Assembly: GCF_963676685.1 (NCBI RefSeq)
Contig: NC_092347.1
Location: 83,452,001 to 83,516,000 of the forward strand
Length of the DNA stretch: 64,000 nt
Source: Mytilus edulis
Lineage: Eukaryota
Direction: 5' to 3'
A program made the position numbers and the translations under genes. A model generated the notes under the pieces. That model saw nothing but the letters and a program-made list of their open reading frames with translations. It was not told the DNA's origin and ran no database searches. Positions 25,770 through 39,046 of this stretch are shown one piece after another (position 1 is the stretch's first letter; each line of letters starts with the position of its first letter).

Positions 25770-28700
25770 CGACATTGTCTCTTTTCAAAATGTAAAACCA
25801 AAAACTGCAAGCCTGTAAAATGTATATACAGTTGCCCAATTCAATAGTAATTGAACTAAAAAGTAGTATTTTACCAGAAGCTACAATGATCTGAATTGTA
25901 AATCCACATTTGTTGTCAACGGACTAGATTGTAAACCTTGTGGGTTGGTATATTTCGGTGACAGGAAAGGAAGGCTAAATAAACGTATGTGTGGCCATAG
26001 ATCAGACATCATCAACAATTCCATCGGCATTGTTTACCAGCATTGTAACCAGCCTGAGCATTCAATCATTTCTATGCAAGCTCGCATCACTCAAAAAAAT
26101 ATACCACATGACTTCCAATTCTCGTCTTGCAACTCCGCTTAGTATACAAAAGAAAACTGCTGCATTTGACAATTAGGAACTGCGACACCATATGGTTGCA
26201 AAAGCAAAATTGATGGTAAATGTATTCTACCTAGTCCTTCCTGTAGCTCGATGGATGTGATGCAATTTGTTAACTCTACCCTTTGACGCAGTAATTGTCA
26301 TCGTTATTATACACCACCTACTCTCCATGATGTCTCCATTAATGACCTGTTACCATTTATACAAGTCGTTGGGTATTCAATTATTCATCACATTTACTCG
26401 GAAGTTTTTTTTTATCACTTTCAAACCCTCATTCTCTTTACAACTTATGCTTGAAAACCGCTTTTACAAACCTTCATTTAACCGTATACAAACTTACGGC
26501 TATACTTGCGGATATAACAAGTCACAAACCAGTTCACATTGGAAAATATGAAAAGGCAATATCCTTCATCATCAATCAGTTCACTCGAAAATACTTCCCT
26601 GTTTTAAAGATAAGTCTGTATCGTGTATACTTGTCTTACATTTTTGCTTATGTACTTTGTGTATATGCCTTTTTGTGCTTCTTTTTTACAAATTTGTTTG
26701 TTTTTATAGTGATTAATGTTCACCGCTGTACCCTATTTTTGACATATTTACCTTGTAGTATTATGTCTTTTTTTGTTCACACATCGTTGTCAATATAATG
26801 GAATTATATCTAACTGTTATACAAGTGAGAGTTTTAGCTAGCTATGAAATTAGGTTCAATCAACCATTCTCTATAAAGGAAAATGCCTGTACAAAGTCAG
26901 GAATATGGCAGTTGTTATCCATTCGTTTGAGCTGTTGATTTTGCAATTTGATTAGGAATTTTCCGTTTTGAATATTCATCGGAGTTCAGTAATTTTGTGT
27001 TTCCCCCCCCCCCAAGTATTCCTTACACCTACATGTATACCAAGCCAATTGCAACTAAAACGTGCAATTACAAATACTAGTAAACGTTGCTCAATATGAC
27101 GATTTGAAGTATATATATCCTGATTGCATCTGGACTAACTTATTCCCAATCCACCTATAATCCGGCTGTGCAAGTTGTTACTGGTGACATAAAAATTGTG
27201 ATTAACACTGTTCTGCAAAATGTGTTATCCAAAGGCCCGAAATATCGTGAGCCTAAATCTATCAATTGGAAACTCCAATTCGAATTACTTATGAATTCAG
27301 GCGAGGATTATGCCAGGTAAAGGTTAAATAAGAGACAGAAGACACAGATACTCTTCCCAAATGGATTAAGGCTGTGAGGTCGTTAATACAGATCAGAATT
27401 AAGAACCTGAATAGGTCTATGAATAGTTGAATACACATGCTATATCAATTTGTAATGATATAAATCTTACATGACACATGTCGTACCTCCATGAAAAATA
27501 TGGCGTTTTCTACTCAGATAAAGCTCAAAACAACATTGATTTTGTGTGTAATTCCATTATATAAACTGCTTGATAAATGACACTTTCGAGAGAGGAAATC
27601 CTGGATAATAATATGAGGTCTGTTCAATGTTCCTTTGGAATATTAACAAAAGATAAAGAATTGAATCTTCCATCACTGTACCTAAAGTGGCATTGCAGAC
27701 AACGTTCTATTGCTGGGCCTACCAAATGTTCCAAGAAACCTCTTTCTAATTTATCAAAAATTAAAGCCGGTCTTCAAATTATTGTTAAACTATTAGAACC
27801 TATTCTACAGGTGGCGTGAATCAGATTCGGATTCTAAAAAAGTCCAAAGATCTTTTAGGATACATAAAATCTTAGACTCTTTTTTCTTGCACTAAATAAA
27901 AACATTTGACTTTTCTACACTTGCTTTAAGGTTTATGTACCCTTCTGTAGCCATTTTTGTACCAATTTTTCAAACTTCAATTGTATCAAAACTACAGATA
28001 TTATGATTAATAGAGATAGGTCATTTTGTACATATTCCAAGGGGAAACTTGATGCAAAGCATTATTTTTTACTGTTCCTCTGCATTTAATAGAAAAAGAG
28101 GACTTTGTGGCAAATAAATCAAGATTTTTATAGAAAATCCACAGCCTTCATTCTTGTACTCTCATATTTGGCAATTTGATGACTGATAGATATAGGATTA
28201 TTGCATGCAGTGCTAGCATTGATTTCCTTAAAACAAGTTTATAAATGTAGTTATTGGTTAAGACAAGTATAAATATGGCCAAAATCAAGTACACCTTTAA
28301 GGATGCGCTCGACTTTAATGACTCAGCACGAGGTGTTTTGGAATTTACAGGTTACTTAGAACTTTTTGTAAAAAATAAACACTAGCACATCATAGAAAAT
28401 CAAGTGAGTAATTTATGTTTGAAATTTTATAACAAAAATCTCTGTATTAAAGGCTGTGGATTTTCTATAAAAACTTGATTTATTTGCCACAAAGTCCTCT
28501 TTTTCTATCAAATGCAATGAAACAGTAAAAAATAATGCTTTGCATCAAGTTTCCCCTTGGAACATGTACTAAATGGCCTATCTCTATTTTTTATTATATC
28601 TTTAGTTTTGATACAATTGAGGTTTGAAAAATTCGTACAAAAATGGCTACAGAAGGGTACATAAACCTTAAGTATTTCCCATTCCAAACTGAAAGACGAA

Positions 28701-29705
28701 TGGAAAGAGTCAATCCTGCTTTGTTTTACAAATAGAAAAGCAAAAATATCTTGTCTTAAGGGAGGAGGGTAACATATATAGATTACACCACTCCAACAAG
28801 TGTGTAATGATATTTCTCTTATCCAGACATTTAGATTTTAATATTTAAAGCGCGAAGCTTACGTTGGAAATAAATTAAGGTTTAACTGTTGACAGTAGAG
28901 AAATATCGGAATGCACGAGTTATAGTGATGGAATTTGTTTCTGTAATGATTTTTACTCTTCCTTTTCAAATATTTGCAGAAAGTTGTGTTCTTTATAATT
29001 ATTTAACGTCATCAGGCATGGTTGCCTTTTTTCATGACGTCACAATAGGAAACATATTTCACTAGTAAGGAGAAATGTTTTTCTCACACCGATCAATAAA
29101 TGTGAAACAGCACAAAGTGTCTTGTCTTATAGAGTGATCTATCCTATTTCGTAAAAATCATTCTGATTAAAATATTGATCTGAAACTGACATTATCAAGA
29201 AGCTTGATTTCTTGATGTTAACATATTTGTTACGTTTGAAGGACGTGTTTTTCAACACACAATCGTCATTTCGATGGGAACCAACTTTTCCATCTTCTTG
29301 TCGACGTGTTCATTTATTTATAAATGACTTCATGAGGCTGACTTCATACCAGAACTTTTTAGGGAATAAAAAAAATTAGGTGACAATTTTGAATGCATCT
29401 TTTCAATTGAACTTGAGACAAAGGATACAACAAACACAGTTCATTGTGCATCATATCTTGACTTACATTTAAAAATTGACAATAGGTCAGTTGACCACAA
29501 AAATTTACGACAAAAGAGACGATATCAGTTGGACAAATGCCCAGTATTTTGTTCGTGTTGCCCAGTCTTTAGTTGTCTATGTTGTGTTTTGTGTACTATT
29601 GCTTACTAGTATGTGTTGGTCTTTTCTTTTGTATCCATGGATTTGTCAATTGACTTTCGACTTGCGAGTTTGAATGGCCCTTTGGTATCGTTTGCCTCTT
29701 TCAAT
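25770..29705 (+). mobile_element. Decayed Penelope-like retroelement with N-terminal GIY-YIG endonuclease and downstream RT (Naiad/Chlamys-type domain order)
   Basis: Motifs in order: LNCKSTFVVNGLDCKPCGLVYFGDRKGRLNKRMCGHRSDI (GIY-YIG, ~25890-26010), VVTGD...LSKGPKYREP (~27175), DKAQNNIDFV (~27517), LPSLY, IAG...KPLS, TFDFSTL (~27903), RVFQ...MGTN (~29245-29285), SYLDLHL...YDKRDD (~29451-29523), then a 3' repeat (29540-29705). Many stops, frameshifts and nested insertions. Confidence 0.8.
27930..28667. mobile_element. Non-autonomous DNA transposon with ~225-bp TIRs and TTAA target duplication (Kolobok-like), inserted in the PLE RT
   Basis: TTAA|ggtttatgtacccttctgtagccatttt ... aaaatggctacagaagggtacataaacc|TTAA. 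The 5'-GG terminus fits Kolobok rather than piggyBac. Confidence 0.85.
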
Positions 29706-30429
29706 CATTATACATATTATAGGAGATAATAACGGTTTAACAATGTATACAAGAAATAACAATCATTTATCATTTATTCGAACCCTTAACTGTGTTGACC
29801 TTTATAATTCTGTTTGTTCAACTAAACGTTTCTAATGAGTTAACTTTTATATATCGCCGCTAATTGACCAATGGACGTTAGTTGTGTTTTTAATTAACGA
29901 CTTAAATGTTTAAGTAACAATTGAAAACTTTAATTTGTTAAGCAATTTCCTTCTTCAAACCATGTATACGATATCGATTAGATTAGATTGGATTGGTTTA
30001 ACAAATAATGTGTGGCGATAAGACAACTTAATTGCACGATAACACAACGACCATTGTCTAACAATATAAAAGTAGAATATTCTGGACTACGGATTTTCAG
30101 TTTCACCCCCTGTAACAGTTGTAGAATTCATATAATTCTATTAAAGCAATTGTTTCCAAACCTAGTTTCCTTAATAGGGATTAAAAAAAATTGACACGTC
30201 CGTGGACTTTGATTTATCAATGGTTGTCAATATAGCAAGTCATAATTGCATAATTTGACTGTAAATATGCTTGTGTTAACTGTTATGAAACATCTATGTC
30301 ACATGTAGCCTCGTGTATGTTCCATTTGTCGTCACCCTCTTTTATCTTTTATCGTATTCATCATCATTTGCGTCCGGATGCATCCTAAGTATTACACTGG
30401 TTTGTCGACGTGTGCACTGCTTTTGCAGG

Positions 30430-30864
30430 TACTGATTATCATACGGGATCATCTGATGCTTTACCAAATATGCCGAAAAATGCCACTTTTCAGATGGTTT
30501 TTGTCAAAAATGAAAATGGCCGCATCCGTGTTCATCCTCAACATTTATATATGTTATGTATTATCATCAAATACAACTTACATTTCAATATTAAGGATGA
30601 ACACGAATGCGGCCACTTTCGTTTTACACGGAACCCTTCTAAAATTGAACTAAAATGCTAGAATTTTGAAGATTTCAGTAATTACGCATGACTTTATGGT
30701 GCTACTACCTGATATTTGTGCATTGTATTGTCAAAAACAGCCCATATTTATGTAGTAGAAGATTTCTTCTGTCCAATAAATAACTAAAAGTTTACATTTC
30801 AACAATTTTATAAAACTGCTATATTTTGGGGCCAAAAAGGGGTCTTACTGGACCTACTCCTTTT
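30430..30864. mobile_element. Truncated non-autonomous DNA transposon end (probably Kolobok-like)
   Basis: Ends ...gggtcttactggacctactcctttt. Only one terminus is visible; the family assignment is from recognition. Confidence 0.4.
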
Positions 30865-32149
30865 GAAAAGCCTCTGATAATAGATTATCTTAGCTGTATT
30901 TGTCAAAACTTTTAGAAATTGGTCCTCACTGCTATTCCACTTTGTACTTTATTTTGTCACTGATGAATATTTTGTAAAATGCGCGTCTGGTGCAAATACA
31001 AAATTTCAATCATGGTATCAATGATGAGTTTATTTGTCAATCAAATTATCTTTATCCAATATATATGATATATAATTATTGAAAATCGATTAATAATTGG
31101 TCATGGAAGAATTTTCTAAAAGAAAAAAATCATCGAGTGAGATGTTTGAGTAAAGATAACAAATTGATTTGGTTTACAATTATGAACTGGAAAATAAAAC
31201 TGTTAAAAAATTCAACCTCTTCTCCAATATCAAAATTCGTAAAATCAAAATTTATATTTCTTTTATGAATTGTGAATTTTCAATAATTTCACGATGTCGC
31301 AAACGAAACTACTCTGCTGAAGGTGAATATGTTCGTTGCGATTGTGACATTAAGTAATAAATAGAACATACTATAGTACGGTGACCGAGTAAGGAAAAGT
31401 CGCTTATTTAAGGAGTTTAATTGTCATTCGGACTATACGGCTATAAATCATAGTATTGGTAGTTGAAAAGTTAATCTAAACATTTTGACTTGTCGTCAAA
31501 AAATCGTACGGTGCAATTTTTGTAATATGGGCTTTGAAATACGTTGGTTAACTTGAACACAAAATCAACGTAGAAAAGTGTTGAGGTCTAAGTTGTAAAA
31601 TAACATCCGTGATATGATTTCTGTTATTATATACAATGTTGTTACACCTTATTTTAACGATTTCAAATAAAGTTTAGCAAAATTAACCCGTTATTTAAGA
31701 GTTTATGAAAAGATTAACTCTACGAACATTTTGCATTGAATAGAGTACGTTTCAATTTAATTTCATAAATTTTTTAACGCAAAATGTAAAATAATTCACA
31801 TTTATATGATATCTAATACCTTTATTAATCCATAATATCAAATTCGTTTATATCAGAAACATTATTTCAGCAATTCAAGCCAGATATAAGTTTTAACGCT
31901 CATACGACGGAGCTATTCGAAGATCATATATACAGCCTATTATAGATACATATAAGCAAAGGGAATGTGCTGTATCAACTACATTCAAATACAAGGATGT
32001 GTTCCTTGAAGCAGTAGAAATTTGCTGTCAAATGTTAGAGTAGAACGAGTGGGAAATTTGTCACTTCCTTGAGATCGTCATCTCAAATGTAACCTCATGT
32101 TTTTGTAACCAACCGTACCAATTACTGAAGGTGTATGCAAGTTTACATA

Positions 32150-34200
32150 CTTGATATGCTTCAACTTTCTGAGAATTTAATAGATGGCTACTTTGCTTTC
32201 AGACAGACTCCTGGACATTTCAACGGTTCATGGAAAGACATGACAACAGAAAGACCGTTCTAGAAGCCTCAATTGGATCAGGTCGCACTGTGGGCATAAC
32301 AAATCAAAAGTCTGCGCTTGTTAGGTGGACCCTTTCTAGACATTTCTAAGAATCTCTAAGTCGTGTAACGCTGAAAAGGGCTGGAATTGCTGCAAATAAT
32401 GCATTATCACAAGGGGAAATAAAGTTAAAAGCAATTAAAAGAGGTGAACATGTTATTGCCATTATGGACCATCTGCATGATCCATGACTGATCCCTCTGA
32501 TGTGGAATCCCATCATCCGTGTCTATTAACATCTCTTCTAGAATGCATGCTACACGAGATATTCGAGATTCTTTGCTCACAGCTTTATAGGAAGGCTTGA
32601 AAATGTTTAAAATTTTTATCACTAGTGCTCTTTCTTTAGATACAGGCAAGGAGTCTTTATAGTCCAATATCAAAGTCAAAACTAAAAACGTTTTACAACA
32701 TGACCACAAAAACAAACATTAGATATAAATCGAAGGAAATTCTTTTAGCTCAAATAAATCCATAACTTGTATTTAGACGTTCACTGATTTTGGCAAAATG
32801 TAGAGATGATGTTACCATAGAACATGTGCTGTCGCACCCTGTAGGTCCCATTCCAAATTCCTTTTTTCAAGATGACGGCACCATGAGAAAATCATGCAAG
32901 TCTGATTTGGCGAAGCAATTAGAATCTGAGTCTCTTGTGCACTTTCCATACCCTTATTTGTACCATCACTTTCAACTTACATCAGATATGGTATGGCATT
33001 GGTTCAATGTATTGATATTAAGAAAGGTAAAACATTTGGTGATCTTGCAGCTGACTATTAAAACATATGTTCTGATGAATTTCTATAGCGCACACAGTAG
33101 CACATGTTTTTGACCGCTACGACATGAACAACTCTATAACGTCTGCCGAAAGGGAACGCTGCACAAAGACTACAGCTACCACTAAAGTGTATAAGATTAT
33201 TGAGGGGAGAAGTATTCCTGACTGCAAAACTTTGACAAATCCCTTATGATTCCATCTGATGTGAGCTTTGCATAGCCAAAACGTTTTTTAATTCCGAAAT
33301 TGTCAAAGTTATTCATACCAACACTGTTAATGGCAGTAGTAACTTGCTTAGCACTCAAGAGGAGACCTAGGCTGATACTCAATGCCTTAAACTTTGACAC
33401 GAAGTTTAGAGAAATGGGAAAAAGCGAAAGAACAAGCATACAGATCTCTAATACAAATGTGTTTGTTCTGTGTGTTCGTGTTCACTACTATAAATATATG
33501 ACACATTCAAGCGATTTGTGGGTGCAGATGGGGAGCATTAGCAGATATTTTCACCCATTCACTAACTATGTGTCTGTTTTCCCCAACAATTTGTAAACTA
33601 CTAACTGCTGTACATGCCCTACCGGATGCGACACAACTTTGTCTCTGTTTGGAGTAGGTAAACAAACTATCTACCAAACTTTGAAGGACACGCATGACTA
33701 TTTCAGTGGTTTTTAGAGTTTCGATAATATTGCCAAAGATAAAGCCCTTGCTTGTTCATGAAAGTTAATTTCAAAGCTCTATGATCAGAAAAATCTCTTT
33801 AAAACCATTCCATTATAATTATTATCCAATGCGCGTCAAGCTTGCCGCTAGTAAAGATGTAAGTTTAGTCAGATTACCTCTCTGTGAGGCGGCACTGGAA
33901 CAGCATGTTTTACGTACAGCGTTTCAAACTAAAAACTTAGACCGCATTACACATTGCTAAACCCCCTAATAAGTCAATTTTACAATACGACTGGCGATAG
34001 TTAAATGATTCATTACACCCCGTGTATTGTAAAGGGCATCTGTCAGCAGAATTCTTACAGGATCTTGTGTTTTCATTGAAAGGAAAATCTCCATGTAAAA
34101 TAGTCATGTGTTTGTTCACAACAACACCCTACATGTCCGGAACTTTGCTCCTGGAAAGTTCAGAATTATGTAGACATTTCAAATGATGTTCCTTGACAGG
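32150..34200 (+). pseudogene. Academ transposase/XPG-like nuclease pseudogene
   Basis: Fragments across frames: VLSHPVGPIPNSFFQDDGTMRKSCKSDLAKQLE, HVFDRYD..NSI.SAERER, RLILNA, AVHA-TGCDTT..LFGVGK (H3TH-like) and LPLCEAALEQHVLRTAFQT. Confidence 0.75.
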
Positions 34201-35400
34201 TGAACCAAAAGATACTTCTGGCATAATTATGTTGTGTGGATCTCTTTGATTGGATTTTGGATTGCAACTGTTTTCGAGGTATTGAGTGCTTTTTAGTATT
34301 AATGAATTACATGAATGAGCTTAGGCAAAATACGCCTTCATGATAGTAGGCTTCAGTTAAAATAATAATAGTTATCCTTTATGTGCTGACGTTGAATGTC
34401 AACCAGCAAGATAACTTCTGTAACTTTAACAGAATATGTGTATAATAGATCAAGTGTTTGAAAAACGCCCATTTCAAGAATAAATCGATTTCCTAATCTT
34501 TTTTTTTACATTTTCGAGGTAATTCATTGTTAATTGATTTGAAAAAAATGTCTGTATCTGAAATTTAAACTTAATTGTTGTATATATCTTCAAATTTTAA
34601 AAGTATAGAAGAAGAAAAAAAAATTCATTGTTAATTGATTTGAAAAAAATGTCTGTATCTGAAATTTAAACTTAATTGTTGTATATGTCGTGTACATGTT
34701 ATTATTGTGTACAGGTTATTACTTGTACAAACATTTCATACAAGTAATTACTTGTATGAAGCCATCAGACAAGTTACTACTTGTACAAATACAATTATAC
34801 AAGTAATTACTAGTACAATTTTTACTGAGAATAAGATAACAACTTGTACAATTCATTATATATAGATGAAGCAGTAATTGAAAAACACATTCTCAAAGGA
34901 GACGAAATTATTCATATTGTGCAGTTGATGAACTTTACTCTTTGATAAGAACAGCACATACCAAATGATGATTAAAATATTTAGAAATTGGAGACAATGT
35001 TACAGTGCAAAGAGTACACAGAGGTCTGATTGACTGTAGAAATATCAAAGAAGTTGTACTAAATATTGCCGAAAGTTGAAAAATAGGAACAAAAGTTGGA
35101 ATCATGATTGGTTTAATGAGTCGAAATCAAATCAAAAAGATTCAGAGAAAGGATTTGACAATGTTGGACATAACAGAGAGAGCACTGAGGTTAACGTCAT
35201 GAAAGCAGTACAAGTGCTTTCTTTAAGTGGTGACTAATACCATGATAGCAGTTGTCGGGGTAGCTGTACGATAGGCAAATGTAAATGAAAAGATCAAACT
35301 TATTGTGTAATTCCAGATGTCATGCTTCTTTTTCTTGAGCAAAAAAAAACATTATTTGATCTATTAGGCTTTACCTTAAATTCCAATATATGATATTAAA

Positions 35401-35610
35401 TATTGTGGATTCATCTGTTTTCGTTGGTACCAATTTTCGTGGATTGCGGAAACCTTAAATTTTCGTGGATATGTGATTTCGTGGTTCTGCCAAAGTCTTA
35501 ATACAACTGTTAGAAACTAGTATTTCTTTGAACATTTAAATTCGTGGTTCATATGTACCCACGAAACCCACGAAAATTGGTATCAAACGAATAATAATGA
35601 ATCCACAGTA
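35401..35610. mobile_element. MITE with long imperfect TIRs nested in the Ginger element
   Basis: tattgtggattcat...ttcgttggtaccaattttcgtgg pairs with ccacgaaaattggtatcaaacgaa...atgaatccacagta. Confidence 0.75.
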
Positions 35611-35820
35611 TGCAACTTTTTATCATGATTTTTATTGTAAGTAAATGGTAGAAGGGTGTTATTTTATTTGTACTTTTAACAATTTTGTTACTTACAGTCC
35701 GTATTTAAGTTGCAACAAGCTGTTTATAGCTAAATTTCCTCAAGATGTCATGCTAGCTTATGATGTTACTTTGTGACCGCTCTGTGTCTGAAATCTTCTA
35801 ACATTTCAAACATAATACTA

Positions 35821-36310
35821 ATAAAAGAAGATGTGGTGTGATTGCCAATGATACGACTCTCCACAAGAGCCCAAATGACTCAGAAATTAAAAACTATAGG
35901 TCACCGTACGGCCTTAAACAATGAGCAAAGCCCATACCGCATTGTCAGCTAAAAAATGCTCCGAAATAGCTAATTTAAAACAATTCAAACGAGAAAACTA
36001 ACAACCTAATTTATGTACAAAAATGAACGAAAAACAAATATGTAACATCAACAAACGACAACCACTGAATGACAGGCTCCTGACTTGAGACAGGCACATA
36101 CATACAGAATGTGACGGGGTTAAACATGTTAAATCTCCCCCTTATCTGGGACAGTGGTGTAACATTACAACATAAGAACGAATTATCAAAAATCAGTTGA
36201 AAAAACCTTAACTCATCAGATGGATCAACCAGAAATACTACACAGAGTGGATGTGGCCGGGTACTTGTATATCTCATGCAACAACAAGAAACATTAAGTT
36301 CAGAATACAC
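35821..36310 (-). mobile_element. SINE-like element nested in the Ginger element
   Basis: Longest copy of the family at 1105-1840. Confidence 0.7.
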
Positions 36311-37479
36311 ACTTGAAAAAAGAAAAGAAAAACAAATACAATATAGATTTCAAAAATACATACGCTCTATGAAAAGAAAAAAGAAAGAAATACAAGAAAA
36401 TAGTAAAAGAAAAAAAAAATACCCGACAATTTAACAAAAAATGCCAGACTTACAAACTCATAGAAAGGATGTTTAAAGCAAAATTAGGAACACATATAAC
36501 TCAAAGATATTGTGTTGTACAAGTTATTATCTTTTTCTGAACAAAAATTGTACAAGTAATTACTGGTACAATTATATTTGTACAAATAATAACATGTATG
36601 ATGGCACCATACAAGTAATTACTCGTACAAAGATTTTGTACAAGTAATAACCTGTACAAAATTATAAAATGTACACGACATATATATCTTCAAATTTTAA
36701 AAGTATGGGTGAAGAAAAAAGAAAAAAAGAATTTGATCTTTGACCTTATTTTATGTAAAATTGTCACCACATTTCTTTTTGACGACATCGATATTTCAAA
36801 AGTACTCAGTTTTCCGAATCCAATGATATATGATATAGCCATATAGTATGTTTGACGATTCAATCTAAAAAATGTTGGGTCTGGTCACCGTACTACTAAG
36901 ACAACACGTTTTATTTTCCGTCTTTTTTGGATTAATTGTATTCAATTGCACATGACGTGTTTTAACAGAGAACTCCAAATAAATGACCTGTTGAACACCT
37001 ATTCTCAAAATAAGCGAACAACCCCAAAAATGGCTGTCACGGCTCGTTAACAGCCAAACAATGATAAATACGGTGGTTTTAGTGTTATCATTCGATAGAT
37101 GAATGTATTTGCAAAATAAAGATCATGAAAAACTTTCACTGCTACTTTGTTTAAAAAAAAATCGTCACGCCAAGTCTCCGTAATATCATGTATATCGAAT
37201 GTCGCTGTAAAGGGAACATGCCGTTGATCGTTTGAATAATAATGCTATGTCGTGAAAATATAATGAAAAAGTCTATTTGTGTGAAGTATAATACTGAAAA
37301 TACGTTTGCAAAATCCTAAGTGTGTGGCTTCAAGATTATTTTTTTTTTCAATTTATAATATGTCGTATGAATAGTGGTAATCTACGTTATTGTTACCTTA
37401 TGATAACGAAACACGTTGGGAATATACATAAGAACAAAGTACAAATACTTAAAATGTAGTTTCATACTAATACATATTA

Positions 37480-37682
37480 ATACTACTTTTTCTGTTAAGT
37501 CTGTTTTTGTGATATACATTTGACGTGACTCTGTACTTATATATCCCGTCATACTTTGAACCACACAATTATTTTATTCATTATTATTACTTTTACGGTT
37601 AAGTCTGTTTTTGCTATATCTACTTTACGTGACTCTGTATTTATGTATCCCGTCATACTTTGAATGACAAAATTATTTTATG
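37480..37682. repeat. Tandem duplication of ~105 bp
   Basis: gttaagtctgtttttg...acgtgactctgta.ttat.tatcccgtcatactttgaa occurs twice. Confidence 0.85.
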
Positions 37683-38553
37683 TCTACCTGTGCGAATTTC
37701 AAACGCGCAATTTTACACCAGTACTTGAAACCTTCCATTCATATGGGTGGATTTTACATAGATAAATAAAATCGTATAATATAAGCAAAATGGGGATTTT
37801 AAATTTGATGTATGCCTTTTTGTGCTTCTTCGTTACATTTGTTGTTTTTATAGTGATTAAGATGATAACACAATGTTGACTGCTGTACCCCTATTTTTGA
37901 CATTTTTACCTATTGTGTCCGTTTGTTTTGTTCACGCATCGTTGACAATGTAATGGAATTTAATGCGAATGTCATACAAGTGAGAGGTTTAGCTAGCTAT
38001 AAAACCAGGTTCAATCCACCATTTTCTACATAAGAAAATGCCTGTACCAAGTCAGGAATATGACAGTTGTTATCCATTCGTTTGATGTGTTTGGACTTTT
38101 GATTTTGCCATTTGATTTGGGACTTTCCTTTCTGAATTTTCCTCGGAGTTCAGTATTTTTGCGTTTTTACTTTTCAATGGTTGTCCTCATTGTACATATC
38201 TTTTTTGTTAAGTTTTCTCAACTCATTTTATGTTTGATGGGTTAATTCCGGTTGATATAAATGCGTCATTTTAAGATGGTAAGCTACGATATCGTAATTG
38301 CATCAGTATCCTTTTGTTTAGATTTGAAAGATTAACTTTGAGATATTAGTGCTGATATATCATTTTTAATATTTTAAAGCTATTGCAACCCTAACAAGTA
38401 TCGAAGATTTTTTTTAACTTGATATCCTGTATTATGTAGTCTACGTTGCGAAAGCTACGTTATGACATTTTTTGCACGGTACCTTGCAGAACTAATACAA
38501 TAATTCCGGTTTCTGTAAATAGTTATCAAAGGTACCAGGATTATAATTTAGTA

Positions 38554-38595
38554 CGCCAGACGCGCGTTTCGTCTACATAAGACTCATCAGTGACG
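38554..38595 (-). ncRNA. Minimal type I hammerhead ribozyme (intact, consensus-like)
   Basis: Reverse complement reads cgtca-CTGATGA-gtct(tatgt)agac-GAAA-c(gcgc)g-TC-tggcg with a full 5-bp stem I, within retrozyme fragment 38515-38647. Confidence 0.88.
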
Positions 38596-39046
38596 CTCAT
38601 ATCAAAATATTTATAAAGCCAAACAAGTATAAAATTGAAAAGCATTGTAAAAGTTGGGACACGGAATGGATATTAATAACTATGTTTTACTTCCTCTAAC
38701 GCATGACATTGAAGTTTCTTGGCAGGAAAATTCAAAGTCAAACCACCAGATTGATTACACCATCCTATATCCATTTTAGCATAAAAATGCCACCATTCTG
38801 GTAAATAACACTATTTGTTTTACATGGATATAGCATAATTTGTTTAAAAATCAATAACTATCAATATTTAGCTCACGTATTTTGTTTAGCAAATATTGCT
38901 CAAACTTGAGTTATTTACGTTATCAAATGCACAAATGCATCTGTGTAAACATATTACAAGATATTCATAAATACTACATTACCAAAAAGAATGTTCTTTT
39001 AGCAGTTCTTTATTTTCTCTATGTAACTTGCTGTTTAAATATCATT

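Larger units (their letters stand above)
34686..36680 (+). mobile_element. Internally deleted Ginger-type (integrase) DNA transposon nested in Academ
   Basis: TATA|tgtcgtgtacat ... atgtacacgaca|TATA (TGT/ACA ends, 4-bp TSD). Subterminal tacaagtaattacttgta repeats at both ends. Coding remnants GDNVTVQRVHRGLIDCRNI and SCRGSCTIGKCK...LCNSRCH. Confidence 0.75.
31374..36895 (+). mobile_element. Decayed Academ (AcademX-type) DNA transposon
   Basis: 13-bp TIR tagtacggtgacc (31374-31386) / ggtcaccgtacta (36883-36895), 3-bp TSD CTA on both sides, internal XPG-like coding remnants. Confidence 0.8.

Noticed and set aside
27926-28671. piggyBac assignment for the TTAA-flanked elements (also 45622-45892)
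   Set aside because: The termini begin GG rather than the CC/YY typical of piggyBac; Kolobok fits better.
33540-33960. Host XPG/FEN1-family gene
   Set aside because: Frameshifted and stop-ridden, intronless, and enclosed by TIRs with a TSD, so it is an Academ remnant.
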